The translations under genes were made by a program, and so were the position numbers. A stretch of 64,000 bases of DNA, taken from the NCBI GenBank assembly GCA_038203295.1, contig JBBREC010000001.1:11699-75698 (forward strand), written 5' to 3'. This stretch comes from Caulobacterales bacterium. Its GTDB lineage: Bacteria; Pseudomonadota; Alphaproteobacteria; Caulobacterales; Caulobacteraceae. Below the pieces are notes generated by a model that was given only the letters and a program-made list of their open reading frames with translations, was not told where the DNA came from and made no database searches. This document shows, one piece after another, positions 55,337 to 63,823 of the stretch; the first letter of the stretch is position 1, and each line of letters begins with the position of its first letter.

Positions 55337-56298
55337 TTCAGCGGCTCGACATCGACGGGTTGGCCCGGGTTCAGGCGCTGCGACGGGCGGGCTTCGACAA
55401 GGTAGACCAGCCGGTCTCGGGCCTCGCGGCTGTAGATTACTGGCGGGGTGAACTCGGGGCGCGGGGCGACATAGGCGATGCGGGCGGTCAGGCCAGTCGC
55501 GCAGCCGTCGCAGGTGAATTTGATCATTCGGCCGATGCGATAGGCGGCCAGCGCCCTCTCTGGCACGAAGAACCGCACCTTTATCCGGTCGTCCGGCAGC
55601 AGCGACAGGATCGGGTGGTTGGCCGGCGCCCACTCGCCTTGCTGGAAGAAAACATCCTCCACACGGGCGGATGCGGGGGCGGTGGGGGCGACATCGTTCA
55701 GGCGTGCGTTGGCGCCGGTGAGGCCTGCCGTGGCCTGGCTGACGCGGGCGTCGGCGGCGCGGACTTGGTCCTCGCGCGCGCCAAGGGTGGCGGCTTCGCG
55801 CTGCTTCCGGGTGGCCTTTGCGGCAGCCTGGGCGGCTTGCGCATCGGCCCGGGCGTTGTCGAGGGCGGCCCGGGACTCAAAGCCCTTGGCGGCCAGTGCC
55901 GAAACGCGGCGGAGCCGGGCGTCGGCGTCGCGGGCGCGCGCGGCGGCGACGGCGGTATTGGCGTCGAGGACGGCCAGTTCGATGGGCCGCTGGCCCTTGC
56001 GCGCGTCCTGCGCCTGCGCCTGGGCGGCGGCGAGTTCGGCGGCGGCCTGGTCGCGGGTCGAGGTCACCTGCTGGGTATCCACGACGAAGAGGCGCGCGCC
56101 GGCCTTCACGGTATCGCCACGGGTCACGTACATGGCGGTCACCGTTCCGCCGACCGGGGCGGCAAGGTAGAGCGGTTCGCCCTCGATGTAGCCGGTCAGG
56201 GTCTCGGTGCGGCCGAGGCGCGGAACCAGCACCACCAGCGCGACGATGATCAGGCCGGTGAGCAGCAGGCCCGCGACCAGAAGCCGTTGCCGGTTCAT
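55333..56298 (-). CDS. HlyD family secretion protein (membrane fusion protein)
   Basis: N-terminal TM segment, lipoyl-like GTVTAMYVTRGDTVKAG, an Ala/Gln-rich coiled coil, and a beta-barrel C-terminus. Confidence 0.88.
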   Translation of the reverse strand: MNRQRLLVAGLLLTGLIIVALVVLVPRLGRTETLTGYIEGEPLYLAAPVGGTVTAMYVTRGDTVKAGARLFVVDTQQVTSTRDQAAAELAAAQAQAQDARKGQRPIELAVLDANTAVAAARARDADARLRRVSALAAKGFESRAALDNARADAQAAQAAAKATRKQREAATLGAREDQVRAADARVSQATAGLTGANARLNDVAPTAPASARVEDVFFQQGEWAPANHPILSLLPDDRIKVRFFVPERALAAYRIGRMIKFTCDGCATGLTARIAYVAPRPEFTPPVIYSREARDRLVYLVEARPSQRLNPGQPVDVEPLK

Positions 56299-56936
56299 GC
56301 TACAGCCTCCTCGATCATCAGCCCGCCGAGCAGGGTCTCGACGTGCTGGCGGATCAGAGCCGGCAGATCGAAGGGCTGGGCGCCCACGGGTACGAAGGTC
56401 TCTCGCCAGATGACCCCGGTCAGGATCGGGGCGACGATCTGCAAGGCGTAGGTGCGAGGGTCGCCGGCCCTCACCTCGCCGCGGGCCTGTGCGGCGGTGA
56501 CCGCGTCGGTCAGCGCACCCAGCGCCTGGGAGATGAGGGCGTCGTGATAGACCCGCGCGATCTCCGGAAAATTGCGCGCCTCTCCGATCACCATCTTCAC
56601 GACGCCGCCGATCGGCAGAGTCTCGGCGAGCCCGTTCATCCGCGCGGCGAAGAGGCGCAGGAGATCGGGGAAGGGTCCCGGGTGGGCGGCGATCATCGCG
56701 CGGATGACCAGGATGTTCGGCGCGATAGCCTGTTCGACGACGGCGCGGAAGAGCTCCTCCTTGGTCTCGAAGTAGAGATAGAGCGCGCCCTTGGAGACGC
56801 CGGCCCGCGCGGCGATCTCGTCCAGGCGCGCCGCAGCGAATCCCCGCTCGGCGAAGACGGCCATGGCGGCGTCCAGAATCTCGGCGGGCCGGTCGGCCTT
56901 GCGGCGCCGGAACTTGGGTTCGCCGGGGGCGAGCAT
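56295..56936 (-). CDS. TetR family transcriptional regulator
   Basis: EILDAAMAVFAERGFAAARLDEIAARAGVSKGALYLYFETKEELF HTH region. First gene of the exporter operon, with an ATGA overlap with hlyD. Confidence 0.9.
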   Translation of the reverse strand: MLAPGEPKFRRRKADRPAEILDAAMAVFAERGFAAARLDEIAARAGVSKGALYLYFETKEELFRAVVEQAIAPNILVIRAMIAAHPGPFPDLLRLFAARMNGLAETLPIGGVVKMVIGEARNFPEIARVYHDALISQALGALTDAVTAAQARGEVRAGDPRTYALQIVAPILTGVIWRETFVPVGAQPFDLPALIRQHVETLLGGLMIEEAVA

Positions 56937-56945
56937 GCGGACATC

Positions 56946-56971
56946 CTAATAACTGACTGGTCAGTTATTAG
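56946..56971. promoter_or_regulatory. perfect 12+12 bp inverted repeat, probable TetR operator
   Basis: CTAATAACTGAC-tg-GTCAGTTATTAG lies 10 nt upstream of the tetR ATG. Confidence 0.6.
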
Positions 56972-57013
56972 TCGAAAGATCGGCGTTCCGCAAGCGTCGC
57001 GCCTGCAGCGGAG

Positions 57014-58051
57014 TCAGCCGCGCAGGGTTTCGGCGAGGACCCGGTACTGGGCGGCGAGGTCCGTCAGGCGCAACCCGGCGTAGATGACCGCAAGATTGTG
57101 GGCCGCCATATGGCCGCCGCGGCCGGCGACGGCGCCGTCGAGGTCCGGCCGCTCACCGATCTCGAGGCACCGCTTCCAGGCCTGTTCGGCGATGGGGAGG
57201 AAGTCGTTGGCGCGTCCGGGATCCTGCGCGGCGGCTTCAAGGTAGAGGTCGCCGACCGTGAAATAGAAGTCGGGAGAGTCCGGCCAGTTGGTGACTTCGC
57301 CGTCGGCCAGGACCAGCGCCTCGTGCAGGTCGCCCGCCGCTTTCAGGGCGATCATCGCGCGGACCACCAGGGCGTGGCGGTAGCCGGCGTTGGCGGGCGC
57401 CAGGCGCAAGGCCTCGCGGAAGCAGAGCGCCGCCTGCGGGGCGCGGCCGCGCGCTTGGTGCTCCTTGGCCAGCTGGAACCAGAGGTAGGCGTCCTGCGGC
57501 GCGTCCTCGAGTTCGCGCATGAGCAGCGTCTCGTTCCGCGCGCCCTTTCGCGCCAGGTTCTCGGCGGTGTAGCCGTCGTGGCCGAGGGTGAGGGGGATGC
57601 GCACGCGCGGAAGGTCGCTCACCGGCTGTTCGTGGATGCGGCCGGCGTAGCCCACCCCGCGCGGCAGAAGGCGCGGCAACCAGGCCTGGCCGGTCCCGGC
57701 GACGCCGTCCTGGTCCATACGGCTAGCGACCCGCACCTCGCCCAGCGCGACATGGGTGGGCAGCGCGGCAAGCGCCCCGGCCCCGGCCTCGATCCATTCG
57801 TCGGCGTCGAGGACCAGGTTCCATTCGGCGTCGGAGCAGGCCAGCGCGGCGTTGCGGGCGGCGGCGAAGTTGTCGCACCAGGCGAAGTCGCGCACCTCGG
57901 CGCCGGCGGCCTGAGCGATCTCGCGGGTGGCGTCAGAGGAGCCGGTGTCCAGCACGATCATCCGATCGACGTGCGGCCGCGCGCTTGCCAGGGCGCGGGC
58001 GATCGCGCCCGCCTCGTCCCGGGCGATCATCACCATGGCCAGGCGAGTCAC
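57014..58051 (-). CDS. family 2 glycosyltransferase with C-terminal TPR-like repeats
   Basis: MVMIARDEAGAIARAL....MIVLDTGSSDATREIA....NFAAARNAAL....LVLDADE are GT2 motifs (DxD). The Ala/Leu-rich repeat C-terminus is TPR-like. Confidence 0.8.
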   Translation of the reverse strand: MTRLAMVMIARDEAGAIARALASARPHVDRMIVLDTGSSDATREIAQAAGAEVRDFAWCDNFAAARNAALACSDAEWNLVLDADEWIEAGAGALAALPTHVALGEVRVASRMDQDGVAGTGQAWLPRLLPRGVGYAGRIHEQPVSDLPRVRIPLTLGHDGYTAENLARKGARNETLLMRELEDAPQDAYLWFQLAKEHQARGRAPQAALCFREALRLAPANAGYRHALVVRAMIALKAAGDLHEALVLADGEVTNWPDSPDFYFTVGDLYLEAAAQDPGRANDFLPIAEQAWKRCLEIGERPDLDGAVAGRGGHMAAHNLAVIYAGLRLTDLAAQYRVLAETLRG

Positions 58052-58093
58052 GCGGGGCGCTCCAATGCGGGGATTAAGAGCCGGCAGAACAGG

Positions 58094-58142
58094 GGCGAAA
58101 CGAATCGGGACCGAATCAGCGATTTCGCCCGATTCGGTTTTT
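58094..58142 (+). terminator. orphan hairpin + T5 run (terminator-like) in the GT2/rpmB divergent region
   Basis: CGAATCGGG (58101-58109) pairs with CCCGATTCG (58128-58136) and is followed by gTTTTTg. An alternative GGCGAAA/TTTCGCC pairing is possible. There is no plus-strand gene upstream for it to terminate. Confidence 0.3.
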
Positions 58143-58246
58143 GTTCACCGCAACATGTTGTATATCAACAGCCTTCGGGCACAAGTCCGACCGATGGAGT
58201 CCGCGGGGAAATCGTCATTGAATCGCCGCGGAAGGCCCGCCTCGCC

Positions 58247-58276
58247 TTGACATTGGCGCCGGCCTTCCTCTATATC
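58247..58276 (+). promoter_or_regulatory. sigma70-type promoter of rpmB (TTGACA-N18-TATATC)
   Basis: Consensus -35 and an AT-rich -10 (cTATATC also fits the Caulobacter-type GCTANAWC tail), 60 nt upstream of the rpmB ATG. Confidence 0.5.
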
Positions 58277-58335
58277 GCCGGCTCTCGCGCGGACGCCCGT
58301 CCGCTGCGTCCATTTTCCTTGCGAAGGTTTTCGCT

Positions 58336-58635
58336 ATGTCGCGTCGCTGCGAACTCACCGGGATCGGCCCGATGGTCGGCCACAATGTGAGCCATTCCAA
58401 TATCAAGACGAAGCGCCGGTTCCTGCCTGCGTTGTCGCCGGCCACGCTTCAGTCCGACGCGCTGGGCCAGTCGTTCCGTCTGCGCATCACCAACGCGGCG
58501 CTGCGCACGCTGGACTTCCGGGGCGGCCTCGACCCGTTCCTGCTGAAGGCAAGCGACGAGGACCTGTCGCCGCGCGCCCAGAAGATCAAGCGCCAGCTGA
58601 AGGCGAAGCTCGCCGAGCAGCCCGCCGCCGTGTGA
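58336..58635 (+). CDS. rpmB: 50S ribosomal protein L28
   Basis: [33 protein letters not shown] is the canonical L28 N-terminus. Confidence 0.95.
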   Translation: MSRRCELTGIGPMVGHNVSHSNIKTKRRFLPALSPATLQSDALGQSFRLRITNAALRTLDFRGGLDPFLLKASDEDLSPRAQKIKRQLKAKLAEQPAAV

Positions 58636-58657
58636 GCGTCGCCAGATTGTCGTGCTG

Positions 58658-58687
58658 AAGAGGCCGCCTGAAAGGGCGGCCTTTTTC
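58658..58687 (+). terminator. rho-independent terminator of rpmB
   Basis: AGGCCGCC-tgaaag-GGCGGCCT followed by TTTTT, 23 nt after the stop codon. Confidence 0.75.
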
Positions 58688-58718
58688 ATGCCTCCCATGC
58701 AAAACAGGGGTGACAAGA

Positions 58719-59465
58719 TTACTTCAGCGCCTCGTTGAACAGCGCCACCAGTTCCTTCCAGTGCCGCTCGGCGGCGTCCTCGTTGTAGACCGGCATGTCC
58801 TTCGGCACCCAGCCGTGCCTGGCGCCCTTCCAGATCGAGACCGCCGCCTCGACCCGCGCGTCCTTGAGGGCGGCCTTCAGGCGGGTGTTCTGTTCCTCGG
58901 GATAGCTGCGGTCCTCGTCGGCGCCGGCCACCAGGATCCTAGCGGTGATCTTTGGCGCCAGCAGGTGCGGGCTATTGGGCTCATCGGTGGCGAGATTTCC
59001 GCCATGGAAGGACGCCGCCGCGGCGATTCGGCCCGGGAAGGTCCCGGCGGCGCGGATGGCGATACCGCCGCCCATGCAGTAGCCGGTGACGCCCACCTTT
59101 CCAGCCCTGGCCTTGGGCTGGCGCAGCAGCCAGTCGAGGAAGGCCTTGGTGTCGCGCATGGCGCGTTCGTTGTCCGTGGAGGCGCGCAGCTTGCCGAATA
59201 GCGCCTGCATCTCCGGATCGCCGGCCCGCGCCCTGGCGATGTCCAGCGGCGGATAGGGTCCTGCGCGCCAGAACATGTCGGGAAGCAGCACATAGTAGCC
59301 GGCCTGGGCCAGCCGCTCGCCCATGTCGAACATCGCCGGGCGGATGGCGGGCGCGTCCATGTAGAGGATGGCGGCGGGCCAGGGCCCCTGGCCCTCGTCG
59401 GGGGTGAACACAAAGGCCCTCGCATCCCCATCCGGCGTGGGAATGCTGACTTCCTGCTGGCTCAT
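58719..59465 (-). CDS. dienelactone hydrolase family protein
   Basis: VGVTGYCMGG nucleophile-cysteine motif, with GARHGW near the C-terminus. 248 aa. Confidence 0.88.
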   Translation of the reverse strand: MSQQEVSIPTPDGDARAFVFTPDEGQGPWPAAILYMDAPAIRPAMFDMGERLAQAGYYVLLPDMFWRAGPYPPLDIARARAGDPEMQALFGKLRASTDNERAMRDTKAFLDWLLRQPKARAGKVGVTGYCMGGGIAIRAAGTFPGRIAAAASFHGGNLATDEPNSPHLLAPKITARILVAGADEDRSYPEEQNTRLKAALKDARVEAAVSIWKGARHGWVPKDMPVYNEDAAERHWKELVALFNEALK

Positions 59466-59469
59466 GAAA

Positions 59470-60450
59470 CTATCTCCCGCCTCCCGGCCGCCAATCGAAC
59501 GCCACGAGCAGGGTCCGCTGGGACTTTGAAAAATTGTCGTCTGAAATGAGATAGAAGCGCAGGCCGCCGCTGGGACTGGGTGCGGTGGCGAGACCTTCGA
59601 AATTGTCGACGGTGAGCGGTCTGGCGAGTTCGAGCTGGTCTTCGGTCGTTCCGTCGGCCCCGACGATACGCAGGATCACGCGGACGCCGCGCACGGGGTC
59701 GTAGGCGCGCAGCAGATAGGCCATTCGCCCACCCGACAGCACTTTCAGGGCGGAGAGTTCGTAGCCGTCCTTCAGTTCAACAGTCCGGTCCCTGATGCAG
59801 GTCGTCGAGAGCCGGCAGATGTAGGTCTCGCCGCTGGCCTCTATCCCCACGACATAGGCGTCGGGGCCGGCCTGGGGATAGACGTCGAGGCCCTCCATGC
59901 CCTTGTTGCTGACCCACTTCACGTCCGGGATCGGGGCGAAGGTCGGTGGGCCACCGCCGTGCCTGTAGAAGAGCATGCGGTCGTGCTGCTCCAGGCTGAT
60001 CAGCCGGTCGCCGTTGGGGAACTCTGCGATCCCCTCGCTGTCGTACTCGTGGTCGCCATGGCGGGTGATCGGCTGGCCGTCGTCGCCGATGATGGAGGTC
60101 AGTTTCGCGTCCTTCAGGCCGGTCGGGCGCCCGGCGTAGTCGAGGATGAGATGGGCCTCGAGAAGGTCGCCCTGGTCGCCGACGGCCAGGATGCGCCCGT
60201 CCGGCCAGACCTTGAGGTCCGACAGGCCATGAAGGCGCGAGGTTTGGTCGGAGGTGAGCGCGACGCCGCCGGCCCAGGTAAAGTCGCCGATCTGTTTCTT
60301 CGCCGGTTCCTGGGCGTCGAGCACCAGGGGTTCGGCCTGGATCGCGATGACCGGCCCATAGGCGATCGGCGCGGAGGGCAGCTGCGGCGGAGGGGTCTGC
60401 GTGCAGGCGGTAAGCAGGAGCGCAATCGCGAAACCTGCCAGACGCCTCAA
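59470..60450 (-). CDS. lipoprotein, esterase-like activity of phytase family (beta-propeller)
   Basis: Lipobox [21 protein letters not shown] and DNFEGLA...[10 protein letters not shown] motifs typical of the family. The TTG start overlaps the cobT-like stop (TTGA). Confidence 0.72.
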   Translation of the reverse strand: MRRLAGFAIALLLTACTQTPPPQLPSAPIAYGPVIAIQAEPLVLDAQEPAKKQIGDFTWAGGVALTSDQTSRLHGLSDLKVWPDGRILAVGDQGDLLEAHLILDYAGRPTGLKDAKLTSIIGDDGQPITRHGDHEYDSEGIAEFPNGDRLISLEQHDRMLFYRHGGGPPTFAPIPDVKWVSNKGMEGLDVYPQAGPDAYVVGIEASGETYICRLSTTCIRDRTVELKDGYELSALKVLSGGRMAYLLRAYDPVRGVRVILRIVGADGTTEDQLELARPLTVDNFEGLATAPSPSGGLRFYLISDDNFSKSQRTLLVAFDWRPGGGR

Positions 60451-62396
60451 GCCACCGCCCTCCGAACTTCCTTGAAGGTCGAGCGGCGAACCGGGCCCGA
60501 GGGCCCCTGCGTATTGGGCGGCGGCGCCAGAAGGCCGGCATTCTTGCGGGTCATCTTGCGGATCTCCTCATCGAAGAGTTCGGCAAGCTGGTCGACGATT
60601 GCGCCGGCAAGCTGTTCGACGTCCACGATGGTCACGGCGCGACGATAGTAGCGGGTGACGTCGTGGCCGATCCCGATGGCGATCAGCTGGACCGGGCTCT
60701 TGGCCTCGATCTCGCCGATCACCTCGCGCAGATGGCGCTCGAGGTAGTGGCCTGAGTTGACGCTAAGGGTGGAGTCGTCCACTGGCGCACCGTCGGAGAT
60801 CACCATCAGGATGCGGCGAGCCTCGGAGCGGCCCAGCAGGCGCTGGTGGGCCCACATCAGGGCTTCGCCGTCGATGTTCTCCTTGAGCAGCCCCTCGCGC
60901 ATCATCAGGCCGAGGTTGCGCCGGGCGCGCCGCCAGGGCGCGTCGGCGGACTTGTAGATGATGTGCCGCAGGTCGTTCAGCCGGCCGGGCTGCGGCGGCT
61001 TGCCGGCCTTCAGCCAGTCCTCGCGGGCGGAGCCGCCCTTCCACGCGCGGGTGGTAAACCCGAGAATCTCCGTCTTGACCCCGCAGCGCTCCAGCGTGCG
61101 CGCCAGGATGTCGGCGCAGACGGCGGCCACCATGATCGGGCGTCCGCGCATCGAACCGGAATTGTCGATCAGGATCGAGACCACGGTGTCGCGGAACTCG
61201 GTGTCCTTCTCTTCCTTGAACGAGAGCGGGGCGGTGGGGTCGACGATGACCCGGGTGAGGCGCGCGACGTCGAGGATGCCTTCCTCAAGGTCGAAGCTCC
61301 ACGAACGATTTTGTTGCGCCAGCAGCTTGCGCTGCAGCTTGTTGGCGAGCCGGCTGACCACGTTCGACAGGCTGGCGAGCTGCTGGTCAAGATAGGCGCG
61401 CAGCCGCGTCAGCTCCTCGGCGTCGCACAGCTCTTCGGCCGCCACGATCTCGTCATGGGCGGTGGTGAAGACCCGGTAGGTCACGACCTTGCCTTCGCCC
61501 TTAAGGTCGGGACGGGCGGGCTGCTCGCCTTCGCCCATGTCAGGCGGCTCGTCGGTCTCCTCGGCGTTGGGATCGTCCTCCGCCTGCATCATCTGGCTGT
61601 CGGCGTCCTCGCTCTCGCGATGGGTCGCCTCGTTCTCGTCCATCGCCGACTGCTGGGGCGACTGGCCCTCGCCATCGCCCTCTTCGTTGTCGTCGCTGGC
61701 CTCGGGCTCGCCGTCTTCGCCGCTGTCCTCGTCCTGGTCGGCCTGATCGGAGGCATCCGACATGTCATCGCCCATCTTCAGGTCGCGGATGATCGCGCGG
61801 GCAATACGCGCAAAAGCCTTCTGGTCCTGGACGGCCTCGGTCAGCCTGTCGAGGTCGGGGCCGGCCTTGGCCTCGATTTCCCCGCGGAACAGGTTGACCA
61901 GCGGCTGGGCCATGGCCGGCGGCTCGTCGCCAGTCAGGCGCTCGCGGACCAACAGCGCCACAACGTCTGCCAGGGGCGGGTTGGCCAGGGCCTCGACCTG
62001 GTTGAAGGATCGTTTGGCCCAGGCCTGCTCCATGACGGCCTTCAGGTTCTCTCGGACACCGCTCAGGGCGTTCGCGCCGATAGCCTCAAGGCGGGCCTGC
62101 TCGATGCCGTCGTAGATCGGCTGGCCCAGCACCGAGGCCGGTCGGGCCTTGGCGTGGGCGGCGGCGTCGTGGTGGGCGATGCGCAGCGCCATCTGGTCGG
62201 CGAAGCCGCGGATGCGCGCGGCGTCGATCGCGGTCAAGTCGCGGGGCGGGTGGGGAAGTACGGCGCGGTTGCCGGAGAGCTGCGGACCCTCGCCGGAGTA
62301 GACGATTTCGAGATCCGGCGACTCAGCCAGCGAGCGCGTCGCGTTGATCAGCGCGCGCTTGAAGGGCTCCAGGGGGCTTTCCGGATTCTTGGCCAT
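60447..62396 (-). CDS. cobT: CobT-like protein (cobaltochelatase CobT family: N-terminal domain, acidic linker, vWA domain)
   Basis: [16 protein letters not shown].., a long D/E-rich linker ([29 protein letters not shown]), and a C-terminal vWA domain ([13 protein letters not shown]...[13 protein letters not shown]). ATG at 62396, with an in-frame TTG at 62399. Confidence 0.85.
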   Translation of the reverse strand: MAKNPESPLEPFKRALINATRSLAESPDLEIVYSGEGPQLSGNRAVLPHPPRDLTAIDAARIRGFADQMALRIAHHDAAAHAKARPASVLGQPIYDGIEQARLEAIGANALSGVRENLKAVMEQAWAKRSFNQVEALANPPLADVVALLVRERLTGDEPPAMAQPLVNLFRGEIEAKAGPDLDRLTEAVQDQKAFARIARAIIRDLKMGDDMSDASDQADQDEDSGEDGEPEASDDNEEGDGEGQSPQQSAMDENEATHRESEDADSQMMQAEDDPNAEETDEPPDMGEGEQPARPDLKGEGKVVTYRVFTTAHDEIVAAEELCDAEELTRLRAYLDQQLASLSNVVSRLANKLQRKLLAQQNRSWSFDLEEGILDVARLTRVIVDPTAPLSFKEEKDTEFRDTVVSILIDNSGSMRGRPIMVAAVCADILARTLERCGVKTEILGFTTRAWKGGSAREDWLKAGKPPQPGRLNDLRHIIYKSADAPWRRARRNLGLMMREGLLKENIDGEALMWAHQRLLGRSEARRILMVISDGAPVDDSTLSVNSGHYLERHLREVIGEIEAKSPVQLIAIGIGHDVTRYYRRAVTIVDVEQLAGAIVDQLAELFDEEIRKMTRKNAGLLAPPPNTQGPSGPVRRSTFKEVRRAVA

Positions 62397-62430
62397 CAAG
62401 GTGGTCTTAGATCAGGCGCGGCAGCGGACG

Positions 62431-62465
62431 AAACAGAAAAGGCCCGCGGATTGCTCCGCGGGCCC
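62431..62465 (-). terminator. rho-independent terminator after the DUF4167 gene
   Basis: On the minus strand, GGCCCGCGGA-gcaa-TCCGCGGGCC (10-bp stem, GNRA loop) followed by TTTTCTGTTT. Confidence 0.72.
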
Positions 62466-62489
62466 GTTCAGATCGATATCGAAAGCGTC

Positions 62490-63563
62490 TCAGGCGTCTT
62501 CGGACTCGCTGGCCGGCTTGGCGACGCGCTTGCGGCGCGGCTTGGGGGCCGCCTCGTCGCCATCGGCGGTCGGCGTGGCGCGTGGCGCCGGCGCCTGCAG
62601 GAAGGCCGGCGCGTGGCTCTCGCCGCCGTCCGAGTCACGCAGCACGCGGGCCGGCCGCTCGGCGCGGGACGGGCGGTCTTCGCGAGCGGGACGGTCTTCA
62701 CGAGACGAGGGGGCTTCACGGGGGGCGCGGTCCTCGCTCACCAGCGGGGCGGAAGCCTGGGGTTCGACCACGGCCAGGGGATCGCGGGCCGGGCGGTCGT
62801 CGCGGTTGCGGTCGAAGCGCGGACGGTCATCGCGAGGACGATCGTTCCGGGGACGATCGTCGCGGGGACGGTCATCGCGCTGGCGATCGTCACGCGGGCG
62901 ATCGGCCTGCTGCGGCGGGCTCTCGTCCCGGGGCCGATCGTCGCGCCAGCGGTCGCGGCGGCCCGGGCCGTCACGGTTCTGGTCGCGATTCTGGCCGTCG
63001 TTGCGGTCGCGATTCTCGTAGCGGGGCCGGTCGTCCCGGTTCTGGTCGTTCCTGGGGCGGTCGTCGCGTGGTCGATCGTCGCGCTGCTGGCCGTTCTGCT
63101 GCGGCTGCTGCTGGCTGCCCTGCGGCGGCTGGCCGTCGCGGGCCTGCCAAGTCTCAGGGGTCTCGCCGGCTTCGGCGGAGGCCAGATCGGCGGCCTCGGA
63201 CTGCGCCTGGGCGCCTTCGTCCTCGAAATCGATGTCGAAGCCGGAGGAGAAATGGTCGCGGCCGAGGATTTCACTGGCCGGACGGGTCGGCTGCATGGCG
63301 CGCAGCAGGCGGAAATAGTGTTCGGCGTGCTGGAGATAGTTCTCGCCGAGGACGCGGTCGCCCGCCGCCGAGGCGTCGCGGGCGAGCTGCTGGTATTTCT
63401 CGAAGACGTGCTGGGCGTTGCCCCGCACTTTCGACCCTTCGGGGCCGTTGGAGTCGAACGCCCGGTTGGCGTTCTGGGCCTGCGGCTTGCCGCCGCCCCC
63501 GCCACCGCCGCCACCGCCGCGGTTGCGGCCGCGCTGACGCTTCATACCTTTGAAATCTCTCAT
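62490..63563 (-). CDS. DUF4167 domain protein with long Arg/Asp/Pro-rich repeat tail
   Basis: The N-terminal block RAFDSNGPEGSKVRGNAQHVFEKYQQLARDASAAGDRVLGENYLQHAEHYFRL matches the alphaproteobacterial DUF4167 pattern, preceded by a Gly run. The rest is low-complexity (DDRPR)n-like sequence. Confidence 0.8.
   Translation of the reverse strand: MRDFKGMKRQRGRNRGGGGGGGGGGKPQAQNANRAFDSNGPEGSKVRGNAQHVFEKYQQLARDASAAGDRVLGENYLQHAEHYFRLLRAMQPTRPASEILGRDHFSSGFDIDFEDEGAQAQSEAADLASAEAGETPETWQARDGQPPQGSQQQPQQNGQQRDDRPRDDRPRNDQNRDDRPRYENRDRNDGQNRDQNRDGPGRRDRWRDDRPRDESPPQQADRPRDDRQRDDRPRDDRPRNDRPRDDRPRFDRNRDDRPARDPLAVVEPQASAPLVSEDRAPREAPSSREDRPAREDRPSRAERPARVLRDSDGGESHAPAFLQAPAPRATPTADGDEAAPKPRRKRVAKPASESEDA
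62791..62910 (-). repeat. eight tandem 15-nt units (coding, in frame) inside the DUF4167 gene
   Basis: Plus-strand units GGACGATCGTCGCGG, GGACGGTCATCGCGA and similar encode ..RDDRQRDDRPRDDRPRNDRPRDDRPRFDRNRDDRP.. A looser second block lies at about 62990-63080. Confidence 0.8.
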
Positions 63564-63823
63564 TATTCGATAACCGTTTGGTTCTTCCTGGGGGCGGACC
63601 CGCCTTGAGAGGCGGTCGGCCTGTGCGCTAGCCTTCGGCGGGATCGGGCGGCCGCGGCCCGGTTGGATTGTTGAAGACGCTAAGTGTTCCCCGTCTTCCG
63701 CCCGGAAGCTTCAGCGTGGGCCCTTTTGGGAGGCTCTCGCCTGTCGGGCCTGGCGGCGTCCTTATGGGGGACACATCTACCTGAAGCCGACGAATTGGGT
63801 GGAGACACGATCTAAGTAGCGAT

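Noticed and set aside
56946-56971. Equating the TetR palindrome (GTCAGTTATTAG) with the triple TTATTGACG-N5-TATAATA motif
   Set aside because: They share only the AT-rich heptamer AGTTATT. The half-site continuation and spacing differ, so they are treated as separate elements.
60447-62399. Interpreting cobT as evidence for a cobalamin biosynthesis cluster
   Set aside because: No other cob or cbi gene lies within the window, and the flanking genes are unrelated to B12 synthesis.
62791-62910. Regular 15-nt repeats considered as a CRISPR array or non-coding VNTR
   Set aside because: The units are contiguous with no spacers, far shorter than CRISPR repeats, in frame, and encode the DDRPR pentapeptide of the DUF4167 protein. 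No cas genes are present.
60846-63608. 920-aa plus-strand ORF, the longest in the window
   Set aside because: It runs antisense to the cobT-like and DUF4167 genes. It is composed of low-complexity Gly/Ala/Arg/Val typical of shadow frames in high-GC DNA and has no recognisable domain. The minus-strand genes have clear family signatures.
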